A stretch of DNA of 32,000 nucleotides from Clostridiales bacterium. Lineage in GTDB: Bacteria > Bacillota > Clostridia > Clostridiales > Clostridiaceae. Numbering within the stretch: position 1 is the stretch's first letter; every line of letters starts with the position of its first letter. The notes beneath the pieces are model-generated. The model did not search any database, was not told where the DNA came from, and saw only the letters and a program-made list of their open reading frames with translations. The stretch covers positions 33,590 to 65,589 of the forward strand of contig JAGHEJ010000054.1 of assembly GCA_017889345.1 (NCBI GenBank), given 5' to 3'. Of the stretch, positions 1-10,472 are shown piece after piece. The translations under genes and the position numbers were made by a program.

Positions 1-194
1 AAAAATGTAAGGGTACTTGAAAGAATTCCTGCAAGTATGTATGTTTTAAATCCAAATACAGCACAAATAGCAACAGCAACAGGAGCAGAAAGTTGAAATT
101 CAGTACCAGGAATAAGACCTGGAAGCTTTATAAAGCTAAATACAGTAATTAAAACTCCTAGAAAACTAATTTTAACTATGTCTTTTGTTTTCAT
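1..194 (-). CDS. 5' part of a small hydrophobic membrane protein gene that continues beyond the left edge; loosely ECF S-component / TrpP-like permease, function not assignable
   Basis: Not in the ORF track because it is open at the window edge. The complement of 192-194 is ATG and the complement of 200-205 is AAGGAG (SD, 5-nt spacer). My translation is MKTKDIVKISFLGVLITVFSFIKLPGLIPGTEFQLSAPVAVAICAVFGFKTYILAGILSSTLTF, with no stop down to position 1 and at least two hydrophobic helices. Confidence 0.6.
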   Translation of the reverse strand, partial: MKTKDIVKISFLGVLITVFSFIKLPGLIPGTEFQLSAPVAVAICAVFGFKTYILAGILSSTLTF

Positions 195-335
195 ATAAAC
201 TCCTTATGAATTTTAATTTTTAATAGATAGTTAGAATTATAAATATAACATTTTAATATTAAAAGTAGTAAGAGGTTTTTTAATTTTTTTTTAACATGTT
301 TATGATAAAAATGAATAAATATTAATTTGAATGTA

Positions 336-344
336 TGTTATAAT
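336..344 (+). promoter_or_regulatory. Candidate extended -10 promoter (TGtTATAAT) for ftsE
   Basis: TGTTATAAT lies at 336-344, about 20 nt upstream of the GGGAGA SD (364-369) and 33 nt upstream of the ATG at 377. No good -35 is present, which is acceptable for extended -10 promoters. The same TATGTTAnAAT motif recurs upstream of dnaE. Confidence 0.4.
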
Positions 345-376
345 GGTGATTATCATATAAAATGGGAGAATTTGTT

Positions 377-1054
377 ATGATTGATTTTATAAAAGTTTCG
401 AAGATATACGAAAAAAATGTTAAAGCATTAGTTGATGTGAGTTTATCCATTGAGCAAGGAGAATTTGTATTTCTAGTTGGTTCTAGTGGAGCAGGAAAAT
501 CTACTTTTATAAAAATGATTTTAAGAGAAATAAAACCTACAAGTGGAAAAGTATTAATAAATGGAAATGATGTAAGTCTTATAAAAAGAAGAGATATACC
601 TTATCATAGAAGAAGTATTGGTATGGTGTTTCAGGATTTTAAACTTATATCAAATTTAAATGTGTATGAAAATGTTGCTTTTGCCATGAGAGTTGTTGAA
701 GCTGATGAAAAAGAAATTAGAAAGAGAGTCCCTGTTGTTTTAAGTTTAGTTGGACTTTCAGATAAGTATAAGGTTTTTCCTCATGAATTGTCAGGAGGGG
801 AGCAACAAAGAGTTTCTCTTGCTCGTGCTATGGTTAACAATCCATCTATATTAATTGCAGATGAGCCAACGGGAAATTTAGATCCAGATACAGCTCTTGA
901 AATAATGGCACTTCTTCAGGATATAAATAGAGGAGGTACAACTGTTTTAATGGCAACTCATGCAAAAGATATCGTAGATAGAATGAAAAGGCGTGTTATT
1001 GCAATAGAAAGAGGAGTTTTATTAAGGGATGAGAAGAGAGGTAAATACGAATAA
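377..1054 (+). CDS. ftsE: Cell division ABC transporter ATP-binding protein FtsE
   Basis: Walker A GSSGAGKST, ABC signature LSGGEQQR and Walker B ILIADEPTGNLD are present. The stop overlaps the ftsX ATG. I chose the start at 377 (MIDFIKVSKIY, a typical FtsE N-terminus) because GGGAGA lies 7 nt upstream; the ORF-track start at 362 has no SD. Confidence 0.93.
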   Translation: MIDFIKVSKIYEKNVKALVDVSLSIEQGEFVFLVGSSGAGKSTFIKMILREIKPTSGKVLINGNDVSLIKRRDIPYHRRSIGMVFQDFKLISNLNVYENVAFAMRVVEADEKEIRKRVPVVLSLVGLSDKYKVFPHELSGGEQQRVSLARAMVNNPSILIADEPTGNLDPDTALEIMALLQDINRGGTTVLMATHAKDIVDRMKRRVIAIERGVLLRDEKRGKYE

Positions 1055-1944
1055 TGAGAATAGGAAGTTTTAAGGGATTTACCGTTGATGCTGTAAAGAG
1101 TTTATTTAGAAATAAAACAATAAGTATCGCAACTATTGTAAATATTGTTGTAACTCTTACTATATACGGTATTTTCTTAATTTTAATGAATGTTATAGTT
1201 ACGAATGTTAATGATGTTGAATCAAGGCTTGAGCTTAAGGTTTATTTAAAAGATTACATAACAGTTGAGCAACAGGAAAAAATTAGAGATGCTATTAAAT
1301 CAGTTGAAGGGATAGAAGATGTTTATTATGAAAGTAAGGCAGAAGCTTTAAATAATTTTAAAACTCAGCTTAAAGAGTATGCTTGGATGGTTGAAGGTTA
1401 TGACGAAACAAACAATCCTCTTCCAAGTGCTTATGTTGTTAAAATAAATTCCCCTGAAAATTCATTTAAGATTGAGGAAGCTCTTAAGGGATATGAAGGA
1501 ATTGATGGAATTGGAAGCGATAAAGTTTTAGTTAGAGAGGTTTCAAAAATATCCACTTTCATAAAAATAGCTTGGGCTGTTCTTTCTTGTATATTAATTT
1601 TAGTTTCATTGTTTTTAATTATGAACACAATAAAGCTTACAATTTATTCAAGAAGGAAAGAAATTTATATAATGAAGTTTGTTGGAGCAACTGATTGGTT
1701 TATAAGATGGCCATTTGTTATAGAAGGAATTATTCTTGGAATTATTGGAGGACTTTTATCTATTGGAATTGTTTATTATGCGTATATTTCAGTTTATAAA
1801 GTTCTCATAGATAAGAATTTATTTTCCTATTTAGTATCACCAGGAATAATACTTGGGCAATTATTTTTACATTTTTTATCCATAGGAATTTTAGTTGGAG
1901 TAGTTGGAAGTATAGTTTCTCTTAGAAAATTTCTAAAAGTTTAG
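1054..1944 (+). CDS. ftsX: Cell division permease-like protein FtsX
   Basis: N-terminal TM helix, a periplasmic domain, then three C-terminal TM helices, with the FtsX motif FVGATDWFIRWPFVIEG. There is a TAATG overlap with the ftsE stop, suggesting translational coupling. Confidence 0.92.
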   Translation: MRIGSFKGFTVDAVKSLFRNKTISIATIVNIVVTLTIYGIFLILMNVIVTNVNDVESRLELKVYLKDYITVEQQEKIRDAIKSVEGIEDVYYESKAEALNNFKTQLKEYAWMVEGYDETNNPLPSAYVVKINSPENSFKIEEALKGYEGIDGIGSDKVLVREVSKISTFIKIAWAVLSCILILVSLFLIMNTIKLTIYSRRKEIYIMKFVGATDWFIRWPFVIEGIILGIIGGLLSIGIVYYAYISVYKVLIDKNLFSYLVSPGIILGQLFLHFLSIGILVGVVGSIVSLRKFLKV

Positions 1945-2019
1945 TATTATTCATTTGAATATTTAAATATATTTAATGGAATAATACTTCTAATTGTGGA
2001 TTAGAATTTGGAGGATTTT

Positions 2020-3315
2020 ATGAATAATAATGGCAACAATAGTGAAGAGTTAAATGTTAAGGAAGATATTGATAGAAGTTATGATAACAATAAGGCTAAG
2101 AAGCTAAAAGGAAAAAATACACTTATAATTCTTTTATGTATATTTGTTTTGTTATTAACTAATGTGGTATCGTACATATTTGGAGCGAGTTTTTCTTTAG
2201 GGTCTAATATATTTACAGACGGATTTAAAAACTTATCTGATAATGTTTTAAGTTATAAAAAAATACTTGTTATTAGGAATTTATTAGAGAAAACTTATCA
2301 TGAAGGAATAGATAATAGTGCATTATTAGATGAGGCTTTAAAGGGAATGGTAAATTCTATTGGTGATCCTTATACTGTTTATATGGATAAGAAGGAGTTT
2401 GAGGATTTTAATTTAAAAAGTAAAGGTAATTATGTTGGAATAGGAATTCAAGTTGCTCCAAAAGATGGAAAAATTGTTGTAGTATCTGTATTTGAAGATT
2501 CTCCTGCTTATAGAGCTGGGATTTTACCAGGAGATTTTATAATAAATGTTTCTAATGAAGATGTTGATATGGACTCTATTGATAAAGCTATTTCACTTAT
2601 AAAGGGAGAAAAAGATACGGAAGTTTCTTTAGTTGTTGAAAGAAATGGAGAACAATTAAAATTTAATATTTATAGAGAAGAGATTTTAATTGATCCAGTT
2701 GAATATGAAAAAATTGATGATAAAATAGGATATTTAAAATTAAATGTGTTTGATGAAGGTTCTTCAGAAAGGGTTAAAGAAGCTTTAAAAGAGTTAAACT
2801 CTGAAAAAATCATTCTTGATTTAAGGGGAAATCCTGGAGGTTTATTAAATGAGTGTGTAGAAATAGCATCTCAATTTATACCTGAAGGAAAGACCATAGT
2901 TTCAACAAAAGGTAGGGATGGAAAAGAAGAGGTATTTAAAGCTTCAAAAGGAATTGCAGAAAATACAGAAATTGTAGTATTAGGAGATTCGGGTAGTGCT
3001 AGTGCATCTGAGGTATTAATAGGAGCTTTAAAAGATCATAATAGAGCTACATTTATTGGAGAGAAAACTTTTGGGAAAGGTCTTGTTCAATCAGTATTTT
3101 CTCTTGGAGATGGAAGTGGTGTTAAAATTACAATATCTAAGTACTATACACCAAATGGGGAATATATAAATGGAATTGGAATTTCTCCAGATGTGGAAGT
3201 TTTATATGATAAGGATGAGTATATAAAGAATCTTCAAAATACTCAAGACAATGAAGAGGAGCTTAGAAAATTAGATACTCAATATCAAAAAGCGCTAGAG
3301 ATTTTAAAAAATTAG
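2020..3315 (+). CDS. S41 family C-terminal processing peptidase (CtpA/CtpB-like) with N-terminal membrane anchor and PDZ domain
   Basis: PDZ-like segment GIGIQV..GILPGDFII. The catalytic Ser is in the context GDSGSASASEVL and the catalytic Lys in TFGKGLVQ. A TM anchor is present (TLIILLCIFVLLLTNVVSYIF). The start was moved to the ATG at 2020 (GGAGGA SD 7 nt upstream) from the TTG at 2008. The ftsEX-ctp order is also seen in Bacillus (ftsE-ftsX-ctpB), from memory. Confidence 0.9.
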   Translation: MNNNGNNSEELNVKEDIDRSYDNNKAKKLKGKNTLIILLCIFVLLLTNVVSYIFGASFSLGSNIFTDGFKNLSDNVLSYKKILVIRNLLEKTYHEGIDNSALLDEALKGMVNSIGDPYTVYMDKKEFEDFNLKSKGNYVGIGIQVAPKDGKIVVVSVFEDSPAYRAGILPGDFIINVSNEDVDMDSIDKAISLIKGEKDTEVSLVVERNGEQLKFNIYREEILIDPVEYEKIDDKIGYLKLNVFDEGSSERVKEALKELNSEKIILDLRGNPGGLLNECVEIASQFIPEGKTIVSTKGRDGKEEVFKASKGIAENTEIVVLGDSGSASASEVLIGALKDHNRATFIGEKTFGKGLVQSVFSLGDGSGVKITISKYYTPNGEYINGIGISPDVEVLYDKDEYIKNLQNTQDNEEELRKLDTQYQKALEILKN

Positions 3316-3325
3316 AGGTAAACTT

Positions 3326-4009
3326 ATGAAATATGTTTTATATGTTTATTCTTTAGGTTTAGTTTTAAATTTGTATAGTTATTTTAAAGAAATTAAGGGG
3401 AGTAAGTTTTACTCTCCTTTTTTTATATTTAAAATTTTTGTGTGGATTTTAAGTTTTAATATATTTTTTGAGGTCTTAAAAAGAGTTTATGATGTAAAAT
3501 TTTTTAATGTTAATTTTATTTTGGTCATTTTTATAGTAAGTGTTATTTTAAGTTTTATACATAAAAAATATGTTTGTATAAGTTTTAGTTATGTTATTAG
3601 TTATTTTATTTTAAGATTTTTAAATTTCTCTGTAAGTGTAAAAGAGATTATGTTTTTAATTGGATCTCTTCATATTTTTGAGGGAATATTTATAATTTTT
3701 CAAAAGGATTTTTTAAATTTAAGTTATGAAAGAGGAGTTTTAAAATTTTATCTTCCATTGGTTTTAAACAAAATTCCATTGATATTTTTGGTATTTTATA
3801 GGAGAAATTTTAAAAATAAGAATGAATATTATGTGAGAATAATTTCCGGTGTATTGATTTTCTTTTATGGTATAATTATCCTATTAATAGGAAGTTTTAA
3901 AAGTGTGTATGGATTGATATTATCTCCTTTTTTACATGAGGGAATTTTATTTTTAGAAAGAAAGTTTTATATATTTCTAAGAAAGGATAGACGACGTGGG
4001 AAAATTTAA
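3326..4009 (+). CDS. Uncharacterised polytopic membrane protein (about 7-8 predicted TM helices)
   Basis: 227-aa ORF with an AGAGG SD, extremely F/I/L-rich with repeated hydrophobic stretches of about 20 aa separated by K/R-rich loops. I recognise no family motif. The 3' end overlaps the uvrB GTG start by 14 nt. An ORF this long is unlikely by chance in DNA this AT-rich. Confidence 0.7.
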   Translation: MKYVLYVYSLGLVLNLYSYFKEIKGSKFYSPFFIFKIFVWILSFNIFFEVLKRVYDVKFFNVNFILVIFIVSVILSFIHKKYVCISFSYVISYFILRFLNFSVSVKEIMFLIGSLHIFEGIFIIFQKDFLNLSYERGVLKFYLPLVLNKIPLIFLVFYRRNFKNKNEYYVRIISGVLIFFYGIIILLIGSFKSVYGLILSPFLHEGILFLERKFYIFLRKDRRRGKI

Positions 4010-5972
4010 AATAAATTCGAAGTTTAAACCTATGGGTGATCAACCAAAGGCCATAGATAAATTAGTTGATTCAATAAACAGTGGAAATAAATTTCAAACA
4101 CTTTTAGGAGTTACAGGTTCTGGAAAAACTTTTACAATGGCAAACATAATAGAGAGAGTTCAAAGACCATCTATTATTCTTGCTCATAATAAAATTTTAG
4201 CAGCTCAATTATGTTCTGAGTTTCGTGAATTTTTTCCTGAAAACTCAGTTGAGTATTTTGTATCTTATTACGATTATTATCAGCCAGAAGCTTATGTTCC
4301 TCACACAGATACTTTTATTGAAAAAGATGCTTCAATAAATCAAGAAATAGATAAGCTTCGTCACTCAGCAACATCTTCTATAATTGAAAGAAGAGATACA
4401 ATAATTGTAGCCTCTGTTTCTTGTATTTATGGACTTGGAAATCCTAATGAATATAAAAATCTTGTTATAAATCTTCGTGTTGGAATGATTAAAGATAGAG
4501 ATGAAGTTATAAAAAAGCTTGTTGAGATTCAATATGAACGAAATGAAATTGATTTTGCTCGTGGAACTTTTAGGGTTAAAGGAGATGTACTTGATATTGT
4601 TCCAGTATCAACTTTTAGTGTTGGAATTAGAGTTGAGTTTTTTGGAGATGAAATTGATAGAATAAATGAATTTGATATTTTAACTGGAAAAACAATTTCA
4701 TCTCTTTCTCATATATCTATTTATCCTGCTTCTCACTTTGCAACATCAAAAGAGAGAATTGAAGAGGCAATTTGTGAAATAAATTCAGAGCTTAATGAGA
4801 GGGTAAAATATTTTAAGGAAAATGACAAACTTATAGAAGCTCAAAGGATTAAAGAGAGAACAAACTACGATATAGAAATGCTTCGTGAAATGGGATATTG
4901 TAATGGAATTGAAAACTATTCAAGAATTATGGATGGAAGAGAAAAAGGGAGTATGCCCTATACCTTGTTTGATTATTTTCCAGAAGATTATTTAATTTTT
5001 ATAGATGAATCTCATGTTACAATTCCTCAAGTAAGGGCAATGTATGCTGGAGATAAATCAAGAAAAGATTCATTAGTTGAATATGGGTTTAGGCTTCCTT
5101 GTGCACATGACAATCGTCCTTTAAAGTTTGAAGAGTTTGAGAGTAAAATAAATCAAATGATTTTTGTATCTGCAACTCCATCTGATTATGAAAAAAATCA
5201 CCAAGAAGTTGTAGCTGAGCAAATTATAAGACCAACAGGATTACTTGATCCAATAATTGAGGTTAGACCTGTTGATAGTCAAGTAGATGATTTATATGGA
5301 GAAATTTTGAAAGCAAGAGAAAAAGGATTTAGAACTCTTGTAACAACCTTAACTAAAAAAATGGCAGAGCATTTAACTGATTATTTAAATGATTTAGGTG
5401 TAAAGACTACATATATGCATTCAGATGTTAAAACCATAGATAGAATGGAAATAATAAGAGATCTTAGACTTGGGGAGTTTGATGTTTTAGTTGGAATAAA
5501 CCTTTTAAGAGAGGGACTTGATATTCCAGAGGTTTCATTAGTTGCCATACTCGATGCAGATAAGGAAGGGTTTCTTCGTTCTGAAACAAGTTTAATTCAA
5601 ACTATTGGAAGAGCTGCTAGAAATTCTGAAAGTAAAGTTATAATGTATGGAGATACCATAACAAAATCTATGGAAAAAGCAATAAGTGAAACAAAAAGAA
5701 GACGTGATATTCAAATTAAATACAATAAAGAGCATAACATTACTCCAAAAACAGTTGAGAAAGATATAAGAGAGGTAATACAAGCTACAAAAATTCAAAA
5801 TGAAGAGATTAAAAAGAAGTTTAAAGTGGAAGTTCCTTTAGATATAAAAGAGAGGATTAAACTTATTGAAAAACTTGAGAAAGAAATGAAAAATCATGCT
5901 AAGAACTTAGATTTTGAAAAAGCTATGGAGATTAGAGATTTTATAAAAGAGATAAGAAAAACTATGTTTTAG
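3996..5972 (+). CDS. uvrB: Excinuclease ABC subunit B
   Basis: N-terminus [11 protein letters not shown], Walker A GVTGSGKT, helicase motifs DESH and the [14 protein letters not shown] / QTIGRAARN blocks, and a C-terminal UVR domain ([19 protein letters not shown]). The GTG start at 3996 follows an AAAGGA SD. Confidence 0.96.
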   Translation: MGKFKINSKFKPMGDQPKAIDKLVDSINSGNKFQTLLGVTGSGKTFTMANIIERVQRPSIILAHNKILAAQLCSEFREFFPENSVEYFVSYYDYYQPEAYVPHTDTFIEKDASINQEIDKLRHSATSSIIERRDTIIVASVSCIYGLGNPNEYKNLVINLRVGMIKDRDEVIKKLVEIQYERNEIDFARGTFRVKGDVLDIVPVSTFSVGIRVEFFGDEIDRINEFDILTGKTISSLSHISIYPASHFATSKERIEEAICEINSELNERVKYFKENDKLIEAQRIKERTNYDIEMLREMGYCNGIENYSRIMDGREKGSMPYTLFDYFPEDYLIFIDESHVTIPQVRAMYAGDKSRKDSLVEYGFRLPCAHDNRPLKFEEFESKINQMIFVSATPSDYEKNHQEVVAEQIIRPTGLLDPIIEVRPVDSQVDDLYGEILKAREKGFRTLVTTLTKKMAEHLTDYLNDLGVKTTYMHSDVKTIDRMEIIRDLRLGEFDVLVGINLLREGLDIPEVSLVAILDADKEGFLRSETSLIQTIGRAARNSESKVIMYGDTITKSMEKAISETKRRRDIQIKYNKEHNITPKTVEKDIREVIQATKIQNEEIKKKFKVEVPLDIKERIKLIEKLEKEMKNHAKNLDFEKAMEIRDFIKEIRKTMF

Positions 5973-5985
5973 ATGAGAGGATTTT

Positions 5986-8811
5986 ATGGATTATATTGAG
6001 ATAAAAGGTGCTAAGGCTAATAATTTAAAAAACTGCAATGTTAAATTTCCAAGAAATAAATTAGTTGTGTTTACTGGAGTATCTGGTTCTGGTAAAACTT
6101 CTCTTGCTTTTGATACTCTTTATGCAGAAGGTCAAAGAAGATATGTTGAATCTCTTTCAACTTATGCAAGACAATTTTTAGGTCAAATGGATAAACCAGA
6201 TGTTGAATCAATTACAGGACTTTCTCCTGCCATATCAATTGATCAAAAAACAACTTCAAGAAATCCACGTTCAACTGTTGGAACAGTAACTGAAATTTAT
6301 GATTATTTAAGACTTTTATTTTCAAGAGTAGGAATTGTTCATTGTCATAAATGTGGAAAGGAAATTAAACGCCAAACAATAGATCAAATAGTAGAAAGTA
6401 TTATGAGTTTTCCTTATGGGGAGAAAATACAAATTCTATCCCCTGTTGTTAGAAATAAAAAAGGAAAGCATGAAAAGCTCTTAGAAAACATAAGAAAGCA
6501 TGGTTTTGTAAGAGTTAGAATAGATGGAGAAATTTATGACTTATTAGGGGAAGAGATAGATTTAGATAAGAATAAAAAACACACCATAGATATTTTAGTA
6601 GATAGAATTGTGATTAAAGAGTCTGTTAAATCTCGTGTAGCTGATTCTGTTGAAACTTCTCTTAAATTTTCAGAAGGGCTTGTTTTAGTTGATATTGTTG
6701 GGAAAGAGGAGAAGCTTTTTTCTGAAAATTTTTCTTGTGTAGATTGTGGTGTTAGCATATCAGAACTTGAACCAAGAAGTTTTTCATTTAATGCTCCTTT
6801 TGGGAAATGCGATGAGTGTGATGGACTTGGAATGAAATATGAGATTGATCCTAAATTAATTATTGAAGATGAAAATCTTTCAATAGAAGGTGGTGCCATA
6901 AAAAGTTTTTCAGAGGGATCACTTAAAGAAGGAAGCTTAACTCATAGTATTTTTAAAGCTGTTAGTGAAAAATTAAATTTCTCCCTTGATACTCCTTATA
7001 AAGATTTAGGGGATGATATAAAAGAGAAGCTTCTTTATGGAATAGATGAGAAGATACTTGTTAAATATGTTCGTGATGGAATAGAAAATACATATAAGCA
7101 CACCTTTGAAGGGGTTATTAACAATTTAAACAGAAGATATAAAGAGAGTAATTCTGATTATATTAAGCGAGAAATTGAAAAGTATATGAGTAATACCCCT
7201 TGTAACAAATGTAAAGGAGCAAGACTTAGACCAGAGGTTTTAGCTGTAAAGTTTAATGGGGTAAATATTTATGAATTAACATGTATGAGCATAGAAAACT
7301 CTTTAAAATTTTTAAAAAACGTAGAGCTTGATGAAAAGAGAAAAATTATTGGGGAGCCTATTATAAATGAAATTGTAAGTAGACTTTCATTTTTAAATAA
7401 TGTTGGATTGTCTTATTTAGATTTATCTAGAAGAGCTTCAACTCTATCTGGTGGAGAATCTCAAAGAATAAGACTTGCAACTCAAATAGGATCAAGTCTA
7501 GTTGGGGTGTTATACGTATTAGATGAGCCAAGTATTGGACTTCACCAAAGAGATAATGACATGCTTATTCATACTTTAAAAAATCTTAGAGATATAGGAA
7601 ACTCAGTTGTTGTAGTTGAGCATGATGAAGATACTATTAGAGAGTGTGATTTTATAGTTGATATTGGTAAGTATGCAGGAGAGCATGGAGGGAATGTAGT
7701 TTATCAAGGAGAGTATGAAGGAATTTTAAAGTGTGAGGAATCAGTTACTGGAGCTTATTTAAGAGGAGATAAGAAAATTGAAGTTCCTAAAGAGAGAAAA
7801 AAGGGAAATGGAAACTTCATAAAAATAATTAAAGCTAAGGAAAATAATTTAAAAGATATTTCCGTAGATATTCCTTTAGGAGTATTAACTGTTGTAACTG
7901 GAGTATCAGGTTCAGGTAAAAGTACTCTTGTAAATGAAATTTTGTATAAAGGTGTAAGCAATAAAATAAACAAAGTAAAAGAGATAAGTGGAAAATTTAA
8001 GGAGATTACAGGAGTAGAAAATATAGATAAAATAATTGATATTGATCAATCTCCAATAGGAAGAACTCCAAGATCAAATCCTGCAACTTATATTGGAGTG
8101 TTTGATATTATAAGAGAACTTTTTTCAAACACAAATGATTCAAAAGCTAGAGGATATAAACCAGGAAGATTTAGTTTTAATGTAAAAGGTGGAAGATGTG
8201 AAGCTTGCCAAGGAGATGGAATGATAAAAATTGAGATGCAATTTTTATCTGATGTATATGTTCAGTGTGAAGTTTGTAAAGGAACGAGATATAATAATGA
8301 AACTTTAGAGGTTAAGTATAAGGGAAAAAATATTTCAGATGTTCTTAATATGAGAGTTGAGGAAGCTATGGAATTTTTTGAGAGCATTCCAAGAATATAT
8401 AACAAAATAAAAACCCTAAGTGATGTGGGTCTTTCTTACATAAGACTTGGTCAAAGCTCAACAACTCTTTCAGGAGGAGAAGCTCAAAGAGTTAAACTTG
8501 CAAATGAGCTTTCTAAAAAAAGTACAGGAAAAACTTTATACATATTAGATGAGCCAACTACAGGACTTCATATTTATGATGTAAGTAAACTTGTAGATAT
8601 TTTAAAAATTCTCGTAAATAATGGAAATTCTGTTGTGGTAATTGAGCATAATTTAGATGTAATAAAAAATGGGGATTACATAATTGATTTAGGGCCAGAA
8701 GGAGGAGTTTTAGGAGGAACAATTGTGGCTTCAGGAACTCCAGAGGAAATTTGTTTAGTTAAGGAATCTTATACAGGTAAATATTTGAGGAAATATTTAG
8801 AAATGAAATAA
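5986..8811 (+). CDS. uvrA: Excinuclease ABC subunit A
   Basis: Two ABC modules (GVSGSGKTSLAFDT and GVSGSGKSTLVNE; LSGGESQR and LSGGEAQR). Zinc-finger Cys clusters are present (CVDCG...CDECDGLG; CEACQGDG...CEVCKGTRY). Length is 941 aa. Confidence 0.97.
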   Translation: MDYIEIKGAKANNLKNCNVKFPRNKLVVFTGVSGSGKTSLAFDTLYAEGQRRYVESLSTYARQFLGQMDKPDVESITGLSPAISIDQKTTSRNPRSTVGTVTEIYDYLRLLFSRVGIVHCHKCGKEIKRQTIDQIVESIMSFPYGEKIQILSPVVRNKKGKHEKLLENIRKHGFVRVRIDGEIYDLLGEEIDLDKNKKHTIDILVDRIVIKESVKSRVADSVETSLKFSEGLVLVDIVGKEEKLFSENFSCVDCGVSISELEPRSFSFNAPFGKCDECDGLGMKYEIDPKLIIEDENLSIEGGAIKSFSEGSLKEGSLTHSIFKAVSEKLNFSLDTPYKDLGDDIKEKLLYGIDEKILVKYVRDGIENTYKHTFEGVINNLNRRYKESNSDYIKREIEKYMSNTPCNKCKGARLRPEVLAVKFNGVNIYELTCMSIENSLKFLKNVELDEKRKIIGEPIINEIVSRLSFLNNVGLSYLDLSRRASTLSGGESQRIRLATQIGSSLVGVLYVLDEPSIGLHQRDNDMLIHTLKNLRDIGNSVVVVEHDEDTIRECDFIVDIGKYAGEHGGNVVYQGEYEGILKCEESVTGAYLRGDKKIEVPKERKKGNGNFIKIIKAKENNLKDISVDIPLGVLTVVTGVSGSGKSTLVNEILYKGVSNKINKVKEISGKFKEITGVENIDKIIDIDQSPIGRTPRSNPATYIGVFDIIRELFSNTNDSKARGYKPGRFSFNVKGGRCEACQGDGMIKIEMQFLSDVYVQCEVCKGTRYNNETLEVKYKGKNISDVLNMRVEEAMEFFESIPRIYNKIKTLSDVGLSYIRLGQSSTTLSGGEAQRVKLANELSKKSTGKTLYILDEPTTGLHIYDVSKLVDILKILVNNGNSVVVIEHNLDVIKNGDYIIDLGPEGGVLGGTIVASGTPEEICLVKESYTGKYLRKYLEMK

Positions 8812-8819
8812 GAGGATAT

Positions 8820-9245
8820 ATGAATTTTTGGGAAATGATTTCAAAAAGTATTTCCATACTCTTTATATTTACTTTGTTCTTTATAACTTTGTTTGTTACA
8901 AAGTATTATTTATATAATTTTATATATATTTTGAAAAAATCATCAAAGATTTTTTTAGAGGTTATTTCATCAAAAGATGAGGGAGTTTCAATTAATGATA
9001 AGATATTTATAAGAAGAACAATATCTATTGGAAATGAAATTAATAATGACATTGTTTTAAAAGATTTTGGGAATAATTTAATAAGAGTATTTATTTTAAT
9101 AGAGGGCAACAAGATATATATTCATAATCTTAACAACACAGAAAATGTAAAAGTTAATGATGAGAATGTTATGGGGAAAGTTAGACTTAAGAGAGATGAT
9201 GTTATATATGTATTAAATACTTCATTTAAATTAATTATAGAATGA
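8820..9245 (+). CDS. Membrane-anchored FHA-like domain protein (FhaB/FipA-like architecture)
   Basis: N-terminal TM helix (ISILFIFTLFFITLFVTKYYLYNFIYIL). The C-terminal ~75 aa match the FHA pattern by eye (ISIGNEINNDIVLKD..IRVFILIEGNKIYIHNLNNTENVKVND..LKRDDVIYV). It sits directly upstream of the SEDS + PBP genes. Confidence 0.65.
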   Translation: MNFWEMISKSISILFIFTLFFITLFVTKYYLYNFIYILKKSSKIFLEVISSKDEGVSINDKIFIRRTISIGNEINNDIVLKDFGNNLIRVFILIEGNKIYIHNLNNTENVKVNDENVMGKVRLKRDDVIYVLNTSFKLIIE

Positions 9246-9257
9246 TGGTGATTTTAA

Positions 9258-10472
9258 ATGATTGAGAATAGTAAATATCCTAAAGTCTTTTTTATATTAA
9301 ATGTTTTACTATCTTTAATAGCATTTTTAAATATTATAGTTGTTAAAAAAGGAGTAAACACTCAGCTTTTTATACTAATTGCTTCTTATTTATCTATGAT
9401 AATTTTAAATAAAGTATTTAATAGATTTTTCTTTAAAGTAGATGAGAGTTTAAGTTTAATCCTAAATATATTTCTTTTAATAAGCATTGTTATTTTATAT
9501 AGAATTGATGAAAATTTATCTGTTAGACAAATGTTTTTTATATTAGTTGGATATGGGATTTATTTAGTTGTTATGTTTTTGGTGAAAAACATTCATGAGT
9601 TTTATAAATATAAATGGATATATTTTTCATTAACTTTAATTTTTATGAGCTTATCTTTTTTAATTGGAAAATACATAAATGGATCAAAGAATTGGGTTTC
9701 TATATTTGGAATAACTTTTCAACCTTCAGAGTTTGGAAAAGTATTTTTGGTTTTATATATAGCATCTGTTTTAAGAGATAAGAGATGTAAAAAAGATAAG
9801 TATATGTCTATAGTTCTTCTTTTAATAGTTTTAAGTATTTTAGTTCTTCAAAAGGATTTAGGAACTGGAGTTATTGTGTTTGTACTTAGTATGTTTATGT
9901 ATTACATAAAGACTTTTAAGTATAAATTCTTATCATTTATTTGTGTGTGTATATCTATTGGTGGAGTTTTTGCTTACAATAAATTTAATCATGTAAGAGT
10001 TAGGGTTCATGCGTGGCTTGATCCTGAAAGTGATCCTAATGGATCATCTTACCAAGTTTTACAAGGATTTTTCTCCATGGGTTCTGGAGGATTTTTAGGA
10101 AGAGGACTTTATGGGGGAAATGTTGAGTACATACCAGTTAATACAACGGATTATATTTTTGTAGCTATTGTTGAAGAGTTTGGAATTATTACAGGAATTT
10201 TAATTGTATTACTTTATTTCCTGTTTTTTATGAGGGTGTTTAAAAAAGCAGCATTTCTTAAAGATAAATTTGAAAGCGTAGTACTTTTATGTGGATTTTC
10301 CATTTTAATTTCTTTTCAAGCACTTTTAATTATTGGAGGAATTTTAAATTTAATACCTCTTACAGGGGTTACTCTTCCTTTTATAAGTTATGGAGGAAGC
10401 TCTATGATAAGTATGTTTATTATATTTTCAATTATACAAAAAACTTTAGAAGAGAGGAGAAACTATGAATAA
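9258..10472 (+). CDS. SEDS family peptidoglycan glycosyltransferase (FtsW/RodA/SpoVE family)
   Basis: Polytopic membrane protein with SEDS motifs QPSEFGKV, QKDLGTG, TDYIFVAIVEEFG and LPFISYGGSS. It overlaps the downstream PBP gene by 8 nt. Confidence 0.92.
   Translation: MIENSKYPKVFFILNVLLSLIAFLNIIVVKKGVNTQLFILIASYLSMIILNKVFNRFFFKVDESLSLILNIFLLISIVILYRIDENLSVRQMFFILVGYGIYLVVMFLVKNIHEFYKYKWIYFSLTLIFMSLSFLIGKYINGSKNWVSIFGITFQPSEFGKVFLVLYIASVLRDKRCKKDKYMSIVLLLIVLSILVLQKDLGTGVIVFVLSMFMYYIKTFKYKFLSFICVCISIGGVFAYNKFNHVRVRVHAWLDPESDPNGSSYQVLQGFFSMGSGGFLGRGLYGGNVEYIPVNTTDYIFVAIVEEFGIITGILIVLLYFLFFMRVFKKAAFLKDKFESVVLLCGFSILISFQALLIIGGILNLIPLTGVTLPFISYGGSSMISMFIIFSIIQKTLEERRNYE

Noticed and set aside
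195-376. Possible riboswitch or T-box leader in the divergent region upstream of the minus-strand transporter-like gene, and similarly at 18461-18569 upstream of asnB
   Set aside because: The regions are too short (about 100-180 nt including promoters) and too AT-rich. They lack conserved T-box or riboswitch core sequences and have no terminator/antiterminator pair.
1945-2019. Weak AT-only hairpin (TATTCA tt TGAATA) and a TTGAAT hexamer between ftsX and ctp, as a possible terminator or internal promoter
   Set aside because: The stem is 6 bp, all A/T except one pair, with a 2-nt loop and no U-tract, so it is not a credible terminator. TTGAAT has no acceptable -10 at 16-18 nt spacing.
6534-6899. 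121-aa minus-strand ORF inside uvrA
   Set aside because: It is antisense to a highly conserved uvrA region (zinc-finger module). It is S-rich and low-complexity, with no SD or recognisable motif.
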